A stretch of DNA of 64,000 nucleotides from Cystobasidiomycetes sp. EMM_F5. Taxonomy: Eukaryota. Within the stretch, counting starts at the first letter, position 1. Each line of letters starts with the position of its first letter. A program made the position numbers and the translations under genes. The DNA is taken from the NCBI GenBank assembly GCA_051047955.1, contig JBPGPT010000029.1:1-64000 (forward strand). The letters run 5' to 3'. The notes beneath the pieces are model-generated. The model was not told the origin of the DNA and ran no database searches. It saw only the letters and a list, made by a program, of their open reading frames with translations. This document shows positions 54,401 to 64,000 of the stretch, in pieces.

Positions 54401-55159
54401 TCATCCAACATTGTCAGCACTCCTGGCACTGGCGGCAGTCTGGCCATTTCAGGCAGCACTACAGCGACCGACAACGGCAATAACAATACCCGTTCGATAA
54501 TCATCGGTGTAGTTACTGGATTTGGTGTTGCTATGCTCGTTGCATTGGCATACTATGCGATCCGACGTGCGAGAAAGACATCCAAGGGATCTGGAAGGGG
54601 CGCTGCGCAACGCAGGCCATCGACTAGCTCCCACATGACAGCCGCCAGTGGGCGCAGTGGTGTACGTCAATTGCGTCTGAGTCGCCAGAGCGAGATGTCG
54701 CAAGTCAGCCGTGATCCAATGCGCTCGATATATGCTCCTGGCCAGTCTCCTGTCTACGCCTTCCCAGGTGGGCGGTCCAACCCAAACAATAACACCTACA
54801 ATCACGAATATACACGTCCAATGTCGGAAGCCTCCTTCTCTTCCAACTCGGACGATACGCACGGATCGTCAGGTTCTTCTCGTAGTGGAGCAGAAGATCA
54901 ATGGCATCGTGGACACGGCTCTGGTCATTCATCGTCTATCGATTTCGCGACCATCAATGCCGGGGACGTCAGGAATTCGTGGTGGAGATTCTCGGATGGT
55001 TTCGGAAGAGCTTTGACGAGTCCGCACTCTGTGGGATCTACTTCGCCAATCAGCTCTCGTCGAAATACAAACCGTCGTATCAACATTCAGAGAGGACCTC
55101 TCGGCGACATTGCAGGCATCTCTCGTCCCCAGATGCAAGAGAACAGCTTGCTCTTGTAA
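51461..55159 (+). CDS. MSB2: Signalling mucin Msb2/Hkr1
   Basis: Signal peptide; about 600-aa Ser/Thr-rich region; HMH domain (GYTLISILFGPALSWSWLLSNSDASAQAFAFMP...YLAYIPS...TPNSAFY); single TM; cytoplasmic tail ending ISRPQMQENSL. Confidence 0.9.
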
Positions 55160-56220
55160 TCTTGCCTGATCTTTACCGATTCACATAATTCCAAACTGTG
55201 TGGCTACAGGCTTGACGCCTAGCTGCCCATGTCCTTCTGCTTCGAATACTCGGCAGATCACATTCGTTCGCCACATTATATGGCTCAATCTTTCACACAC
55301 ACTCACTCACTCAGACTGCTTGAGCGCCAAGCTCCCGAAAAACTTCGTCATTACGGACAGTATCTTTCTATCTTCGATCTATACATTTCAACAAAGCAAG
55401 GCGGGACGACAAGGGCGGGGAATGCTGTCTCGGAGGCCCTTCTCGAAACCGTTCTCTACAGGATACCATAAAATCAACCTTCAGTTTGTATCTTTTCTAC
55501 TTCACATGCTGCTGTCGTTCCGCTCTGCCTTTCACAGTATGGCGAAGCTGAATGCTTCGCTCGTCGAGAAGAGCAGATGCGCAACTCTTGTATCTATACT
55601 TTCAGTTTCAGTACCTGCTGTTGGCTTATTTTAGTTTGGGGGTTTTAGAAATCGATTCACAAATCAATCAATTTTGGATTCTAAGGCTCGATGCCCTCTG
55701 CACTTTCTTCCGTCGCAAGGTATCAATCTGAGTTCGATGTCATTGCATGGTATCTGTTGCTATAAACGTCTTGACATTGTCAAGATTCATTACTTTTGTA
55801 TATCGTAGCAGACAGCGCCTGTTTGGTTACTACTGGAAATGAAAGGCCTCAGGCCGGCGGATACTACTAGCCTATTACGCCTTGTACTTGCAAAACTAGA
55901 CTGCAATTCGACTGCACTGATAACGTCGAAGAAACTCTAAGACTTTGCCTGCTTCCAACTTGCTTCTGACTTTGACACCGAGATTGAGACTGAGACTTGA
56001 GGATGCGACTGCTGCGGGACTTTAGGCAAACTGCCTATTCGTGTATGCCAACGTATGGACTGCGTGCACAAGAACGACCAAATGATTGCACGTCGAAAAG
56101 AATAGCGCGTGTGGCGAGATACTGATTCGTTGCGGGATACGTATAATCTGAGCACTGGGCACTACTTGATTGCAAAAATCATGCACGAAACTGTTGCGGC
56201 CTTGTACGATGTGTCTTTCG

Positions 56221-58521
56221 CTACCTCTCCCGGTTGGGAGGAGCATTCTGTCGATATCCTGTTCCTGAGTACGCTGGTATTGGGCGATACTGATACGGAT
56301 GGGGTCTATAGTGGCTCGCCAGTGCTGGATCATGAGGATGTGGAGGGTAGGGGTAGTATCCGTAAGCGTATGGATGATGTGGTACCATAGCAGCTTCGGG
56401 ATGGACAGGCTGGATCAGAGACGGCTGAGCTGGCGCAGGGGGATGGCCATCGTGTCTTGCTGCTCTCCTTCCGGGATGCGATGGGGGAGGGATAGTAAGA
56501 GACGGATGGCCACCAAGAGAGGGAAGGATGCGTCGTCGAGCATTGATGAACCAATTCGAAACCTGTATGAGTGACAGGCCCGTCTCGCCACACAAACCCC
56601 GCTTCTCATCCTCGGTAGGGTACGGATGTGTCGTGTGTGCCATCAACCACGCTTTCAGAATGTTCGTAACGTGCATCGGAAGCTTGCCGGCGCGCTTCGG
56701 TGGAGTACCCATTCGCTGCCGTGAGCTGCCGGGAGATTGGCTGCGCTCCGATGGGACGCCGTCAGCAGACGTGGGACGACCTTCATCGGAGAATGAAGTC
56801 CGGGGCGGAGGTGAAGTATTGTTTGAAACGCTATGTGCGGACTCCTGCAAATGCAAATGAGGCGCATGCATCAGTCGAAACTCAGTCTACGAAAATAAGC
56901 ATCGGCACTGACTGGAGCCGAACGCCCAGCGGTGGCAATGAATGCAGTATTTGGCGGATACTGCGCAGGAGCTGCTATCGCTGGCCCGTTGTCTAAACGT
57001 ATGAACGACTTAGCCCAGTACAGATCGTGGCGAGAACCGTAAACACTCACCCGGTCCCGGTATGGCATCGGCGAAATACTGTGGCTCTACCGACTGTTGT
57101 GCCTGACAAATATCTCCGCATATCAGCATCTTGACGACTAAACATCAACTGGGACAAATGCAACTGACTGCATATTGAGGCACTCCAGTCGTATAAGCCG
57201 GCGCTTCCAGTGTACCGGTAGAAGGTCGAGATTGAAGAGGGAGCGGATCCTGCTCTTCCACCTTCGCAGCCGTCATTCCCATTCCCATGTCGGCGGGTAT
57301 CGAATCAGGGTACGTGTACGTCGGTTGCATAAACTCATTCATGTATGGATAATGATCGGCCAAGCCGTCCAGAGATCCTTGAATCTCTTCGAGCGTGAGG
57401 ATTGGAGGAAGAGCTATAGGGACGTTGTTTGCGTCGTACGGGCAAGGTCTTGAAGATGGGATAGGGATGGCACTATACGCCGCAGTAGAAGAAGTTGCAT
57501 GATCCTGGCCTTGCTGAGTTCCATTAGCAGCTATAGCCGTACCATCGTTACCGTTACCAGTCGCATGATTGCCATTTGCAAAGAAGCCGAGGGGTAAATC
57601 TGCTATTGCGGGTGGTGAAAACATCTGTGATGGACTCAGATAGAGTTGTCTAGTCTGCGGCATCTTTGCCTTTTGCTGACCCGACACTTGATCAATGACG
57701 ACTGTCCACGCTTGGGGGTGTCTATTCGAGTGGTGGTGTTGCCACGCCGTGCGCGGCGAGGCGGATGGAGGGAGGTAGGACAGTACTGCACTTGATGCCA
57801 TGTCTGCGTCTCCGTTGGTATCGTTATCGGATCCGTCGCGTCGGTGTAGAGGTGAACGAAGAGGCAGTCGGGGCGGTCCTCTTGCTCGGCTATCGCTACC
57901 TCTACGCCGGTTATCACTCTCAAACGTCTCACCTCTCGCAGTTTCGGTTGTTCCGGATACTTCTGAGAGCCGACGTGAGCGTCGTTGAACGTCTTCTGTC
58001 GAAAGTGGGGAAGGGTTATCGCACTCTGTTCGTGCTTGATCGACCGACCTTGGTCTCGGTAACGCTTCGAAAGAGGAAGATGCGAGTAGGGAACCTCTTC
58101 TCGACGATGATGCGATTGGCTCTTCCAATGATCGCCTCTGCCGTTGTTTGTGGTTTTCCTTTTGCTTGGACAAGAGTACGACTTCTTCGCTCGACTTGGC
58201 GGGACGTAGTATTTTCCCGTCGACCAGACTATCGGAAGCACTGCTATCCTGATACCTCGATTCACCTGGTTTGTGTATCCTTGCGGATGACGACTTTTCG
58301 CTACGAGGTAGATTGTGATGGAGAGGGTGAGGGTCTGCAGAGTCTGTCTGCCTGTGACGAGGCACAGATCTACGCTGGAGCTTTCGTGCAGACTGGTAAG
58401 AGTAGAGGAAAGGGTCTGTGACAAAAGCAGAAGAGGAAGGGGGAGGACCTGCGGCTGGATAGGGGGATTTATGGTGCAGCATCCTCGTTTTGTCTTCCGA
58501 GGCGGATGCATTGCTGGACAT
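56221..58521 (-). CDS. TALE-class (KN) homeodomain transcription factor, Tos8/Cup9/TGIF-like
   Basis: KRAGKLPMHVTNILKAWLMAHTTHPYPTEDEKRGLCGETGLSLIQVSNWFINARRRILP. It joins in frame to ORF 57145-58521 through three GT-AG introns; the start codon is uncertain. Confidence 0.85.
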
Positions 58522-60738
58522 TCGCTAGTACATGCAGCCTAGCAGCAAGCTTTGGATGATTTGTGTGTAATCTTTTGCGCAATGACGGCTAGCGCGGTCT
58601 GCGGCTTTGGAGGTAGGCTTTGGTGGCCTCACAGCTCGTACCGTGTTTGCAGCCCACCAATGTCAAAACCAAACGCCGTGTCGAGCTAATGGCTCGGATG
58701 GAACAAAGTTATCTAGTGGATAATACAGGAAAACTGACAGCTGTCAGCCCAATATTATGTACAGTCCAGCCGCGCCAAAGAATCCTATTTCACGCACTGT
58801 GTTGTCCAGCCCGGCGTAAGCTCACGCGTGAATAAGACTAGAAAAGGTAAATGTATCCAAACCTGTCAGCCTAGAATATTCCCGACATGGCATGACAGTT
58901 TTTCCGGACGTACGTTGTGGTCCGAGAGTATCCTCCACCGTTTCCGTTGCCGTTGGACGCTATGGTAACGACTCAACTGAATTGTACTGTATGCGACGGC
59001 GGATCGTAGCAAGCTTGTGTGGATGGTTGTGATGTGGAGATACGGAATGTGTTGGATAGACTGAGAATGGTGCGGGCTAGTGTATCTAGGAATATACCGT
59101 GTCCAAGTAGCTCGTCCGAGAGGGAGGATCGCCTGCAGAGGAGGACAGAGTGAGGTGTGCTCGAGTATATATCCTTCCCTCTTGAATATGTCTTGCACAA
59201 TGACGAGTCTGAATCAACCCGCAAGAATGGACCAAGGGTGACAGTCTGAATGACAGGGATGCCGGTGCGGTGCGGTGCGGTGAGTTGCCCAAACAGATGC
59301 GTGTGACCTGGCTTACGTACGATGATGAATGGGAGGGTGGACGGTATATAAACAAGTCAGCGTGTGCGAATGTAAGACTATACACTCCATCGAGCATTAT
59401 TGTATTCTCCCGTCACGACTCATCAGTCACCCTGCTGTCATTGCACGACGTGATGGCAGCCAGGCACCGACGTGCGAGTGACAGATGGAGATGGAGACGG
59501 AGATGGAGAGTGATGGCACGATCAAAGACTCACGATACGGACTAGACTACACTGCCCACTTATGCAGAGTCTGCGTAAGATACAAGACCTGCTCGCCGTC
59601 GGTGTTTGATGTCCGAGTGCGACAGACTAAAGGCCGAGATAATGCGGCAGGGAGGGAGTGCGACGAGACTGACGAGTACTGAGGAGTGATTGAGTGGACG
59701 ATGACTGAGTGAATGGATATGATATGCCGTCTGTCCGTCTTTTGTACGAGTATGGTGTAATGTGCCTGCAGAATGTGCCTCCATCAGTCCGCAGCAAGTG
59801 CATTATATCTCACATCGACCACCCACCTGGCGAGTGTGCAGTAACTATCCACACACCGTCCAATGGAAATCCACCCCGTCGATGTACTGCAATATCACCA
59901 CTGCTATGACGACGGTGACCTAGTGAACGGGGTGATGGATGATATTGATATTTGAAATATGGCAATGTGAAAGGTCAAAGACCTGGCCTGCTCTTCTGTT
60001 GTTCCACTTCACCCTCTCCCGCAGCTGTCGATGTCGAGCAGTGTTATTGCCATCATCCGCGCAATCCACCGCATGCCGAAATTCGATACAAATTTCCGGA
60101 TTCGACAACCGAACGACGAAGAAGAAATAATAATGCCCGACACGGGGATTAATGGGTGATGGTTGATGATGATGATTACAATGTATTAGCAATACCCTAA
60201 TACTCTCAATACTGCCCTGCACTCAGTACATCCTTCTGAAGACTGACAGCCTGTCGAGACGCTGTCGGGCATGTCGGGAGGGATTGCCGCAAGCAGCCAA
60301 TTGGGTGGCAGATCATTGATGATAACGCTCAACTTATATCGCCGCACACTTCAATTCCATCAACGTACACGCTGCTATTCACACTCTACCGCAATGTTGT
60401 GCATGTCCGATACACTTTTGCTTGGACGGTGTCACACTACCGGATGGCACGGACTAGCTACGTGCTAGTTCTCCTTCAACGCAGACTGGATAGTCAGAGC
60501 ATACTCATACACGCACATCGTACCCTGTATGTCCGCCTACTCCATCTTATAACCACTGACAGCTTTGCGCAATTCCAAATTGCGGTCGCACAGAGGATCT
60601 GCCGATCCCTTGCCGAACCGACGAGTGTACATAGACTGAGTGCAGATCATCCCAGGAAGCAGGCATGTAACGATACGTGCTTGTATACACTACACGCACA
60701 ACGTCATGGTACGGAGAGAAGGATACGACGCACTACCT

Positions 60739-63700
60739 CTAGCCCGCAAACTAGACATTGTCGATCCAGGTTGATGGCCCATCAAGTTAGCGCACGCAAG
60801 TCTATCGCGTGTATTCTTCGACCCACCAATCGGACAATCAGATACGCAGAGCTAGCAGCTAGTCTAAACACACTGAGGGCAGCGACGAGGGCGAGAATGA
60901 TGAGCATGTCTGCACGTTGACCCCGACATCAGCAGGTGGCAATGACAGAATACATACACTGGTACTCACAGATACTCTGCTTGCTCCCTCCGCCAGTAAA
61001 GGATGTCCCGTCTCCGCCTTGCAGAATCGCAGCAGCCAGTACTCCCTGTATAGATCATCAGCCATTTTCATTTCTCATCGTCCATCCCCCTTACATTCGA
61101 CAGAGCCCAAGCTAGCACGACATTGGTCCGCATGCTCGCATAGTAGTCAAACTGTTACATCTCAATCAGCTGATGTTCTACAAATTGTCAACTTCAATAA
61201 AAAACTCACCTTGATCTTGTCCTTCTCCGCCTGCGTCTTGTTTCTCGGCAGCAACTTTGGTCTTGTACGAAGGCTATGGAGCGCATCATCGTATCCGGCG
61301 TCTATCTCATTCCATCAGCATTTGACGTCCCTCTCTTGACATGCCCACATCTGGCTTTTCAGACAGCAACTCACCAATATCAGCTTGGTCAGTAGGCAGT
61401 TCCACCTCGACCGTTCCGTCCTTGTTGGCAGCTGCGCTTCCGAGATCTTCTTCCAAGCGGTCCTCTTTCGTTCCCCAACTAAAGTCGTGCAGGTTTGAAA
61501 AGGCATAAATGTTGAGCACGTTGATCCAGATGGGCGAACAGAGCATGTACTGCAGCATGCACGTAAACCTGTCGTCGATGACAACATCGACTCACACCCG
61601 TCAGCCCTCGTTGTGGATAGAGTGAAGACAGCGACGTACATATGCCATGGGTCGAGAGCGAGTAGTGAACTGAGGAGATAGACGCCGTACGTCGAAACGA
61701 GGGATATAATGAGCTGGGCATACACGGCATTGCTCTGAAGCGAATGAAATGACGAAATCAAGCAAAAGATAGTCGCGGCAATCATGTAGGTCGTGAGCAG
61801 TGAAAAGATAATCATGACTGAATTCCGTGGCGAGACGAATTCAGCCTATGTTGACTTGACAGGCGTGAGGATATGAGGCTCACCTGCCATGTATTTCCAC
61901 TTTGCACCGACCGGTCGGTTACCCATCGAGAGTAAAAAGGTGGCAGCCAACGTTCCAGCGTAAATATACTGCATAAACACATTCAAGACGTTGATGTGCG
62001 GAATCTTGTATTGTGGCTGGCATGACATTCAGTTTCAAAGTCAGCCAACTCTTCCCATCACCGTATCCTAAGCAGCCATACGTACATCCTCGAGCGAGGT
62101 CGTGAGAATAATAAAGAAGATGTAGTAGTTTGCAATACCAAACCAGGCAAAGATGAGGTTGACGATATTGTACAACGTCTCAAAGTACAGGGCAATCTTG
62201 CGGCCGACTGAATGTTCTGTCCGACGGAGCTGAAAGACGTGCGTAATGGCGTACACTGCAGCAAAGAATGATCCATTCAACCATCGGCGTCTGCAGCAAT
62301 CACGTCAGCGAGGCATTGATCGTGTACAGGATAGGACATCTGTCATACCGCTGAGAAATGAATTCGGTGATGGACGTAGGGACATCCGTTTCTCCTACTG
62401 CAGACTTGACAAACTTTAACACCCAGCTATCGCCTCGCTTCGCGACCAGCTCCCAACACAGGATACGATCCTCAGCAAGATACATACTGCAAGGTCAGGA
62501 ATCAGCCTCTTCACGATACAATACAATCAAGGATGTGCACCTACTTGCTGGTAAAGATGTCTGCATCGTGCCCTGCTAGCGTTTCGCCCTTGAAGTAACT
62601 TGCCAAAGGTCCTCTGCCCATATCGTCATTCTTGAGTGCAATATAACGATACGCGGAGAAGGCGCCGGGCAGAACAGAAATGTAGCCGAACACTACAAAG
62701 GCAAAACAAACTTTGTCAGGAACGTATGGCGTGAAAAGTCCGAGTAGAACTCTACTCACAAGACTCGGTAGGCTTGTCCAATATATTTGACATCTGTCAT
62801 TACTCTAATTTAGCCTTCTCCGGCCAGCCTAAATTGCCATAAACAATACGCACCTTGTATTCAAAATTTTGTGCTGCGACCATGGGAGAAAGCAGGCCAG
62901 TCCAGAATTTACCCTTCATTGTGCATATCTCACCGCACTGCAACATATCATGCATAATTAGCAAATTTCGAGCTCTTACTATTCACGGTTACGTACCGCT
63001 CCACCGACGTTACTGTTTAAATCAAACTGTCAAGCACATTGTCAGACGCAGACAGGATACTCCACGAGGGCGAAAACTGCGTACCGTCTTCCATAGGTTG
63101 TACAAGCTCTTCGGGCCAGGTTTGGTGCCAACGTCAAGGAGGACGACAACATTCGGTTGCAGGAGTGGACAAAACGCGTTAAAGAGCCATCTATGGGAAT
63201 TGATCTTTTTCGCATCTATCCCATTCGACCGTTAGCTAAATCCAAGTCTGTCTGATGAGGACATATGTGACTCACTTCGTTCTTTCAAGCAAAAGACAAT
63301 TTGTGCAGGCACGATACCCTTTTCGAGTCCTTTAAACTTCATGTCTGGTGAAATGGAAAGCTGAGTCGTGTATTCATAGATGTGAGCGTGCACCGTCTTG
63401 TTGTCGACCTTGTTCTTTCCGACGTCCTTCTGGTAGACGCCCAATGCAGCCAGACTATGTTTAGCATGAGCGTCAGTCAATTGTGCATACGAGCGAGGAC
63501 GAGAAGCGGCACACCAATCAAGGACGCGCGGATGAACATTCTTTCGACCGTCTGCAATGATGCAGATGACAATCTTCTTCCACCCATCTTTGCCCCACAC
63601 TTTGCTCTTTTGCCTCGAGCAGAGGTGCGAGATGTTTTCTGAAAGGCATCGTCAGCAGCTGCAGAAGAACGTTGAATAATGCGCGACTGACTCAGTACGC

Positions 63701-64000
63701 CGTGCAGAGTGCGCGTAAGCAATATCTCATCTTCCTGTAATATGGCACACTCAGACGATTTCGTACTTGAAAAGCGCACAAACCCACGTTGTACATTGTG
63801 ACGCCGACGAGGAGCTCCGTCTCGCGATTGTACATGGCAGGGCGAAGAGTGTACTTGTTTTTGCCAAAGTCGTCAGGCTGTCGTGGTTACAGAGGATGTA
63901 TCAGAACAGGTAAATAGGCTAAAGCTGAATAGTAGTCACGTCGCAAGTCACGGCCGTGTACCGCATCCTATCGAATTCATCTTGTCCCTTTCTTGGGAGA
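60739..64000 (-). CDS. Chitin synthase (division 1, class I-III type); 5' part lies outside the window
   Basis: [82 protein letters not shown]. Spliced 3' end ...RLFAG* at 60739. Confidence 0.96.

Noticed and set aside
56221..56871. Homeodomain as an HD1 mating-type gene
   Set aside because: The sequence fits the Tos8/Cup9/TGIF type (GKLP..WL..H..HPYP..WFINARRRIL), and no divergent HD2 partner lies upstream.
59374..59400. U3 snoRNA-like start AAGACTATAC downstream of a TATA box
   Set aside because: Box A (GGATCATTTCT) and the other U3 boxes are absent.

Overview
Intron-rich fungal genomic DNA. It is most likely a basidiomycete yeast, an inference from short GT-AG introns with CTRAC/CTGAT branch sites and from gene content. 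I reconstructed about 21 protein-coding genes by hand-splicing, so many true gene ends differ from the ORF track. The window also holds one intron-containing tRNA-Leu(CAG) and a pyrimidine microsatellite at the left edge. The left part (1-22.5 kb) is mostly housekeeping: Zn2Cys6 TF, D-lactate dehydrogenase, glycerol-3-P acyltransferase, aldo-keto reductase, carboxylesterase, RPA1, GH26 and C1-THF synthase. The right part (39.6-64 kb) is regulatory and morphogenetic: 4-finger C2H2 TF, R3H-associated and SUZ proteins, Msb2 mucin, TALE homeodomain protein and chitin synthase. The standout is a 7-gene, about 16 kb cluster at 22875-39052 that looks like an aromatic/phenolic catabolism pathway with extradiol-type ring cleavage: P450, CMD/AhpD-like protein, FAH-family hydrolase, C2H2 TF, MFS transporter, VOC dioxygenase and MhpA-like flavin monooxygenase. 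The heptamer GTGGGAC/GTCCCAC lies 85-150 bp upstream of all six non-regulatory genes and matches the zinc-finger recognition code of the embedded TF, which suggests a self-contained regulon. All family assignments come from motif recognition only; no database searches were run.
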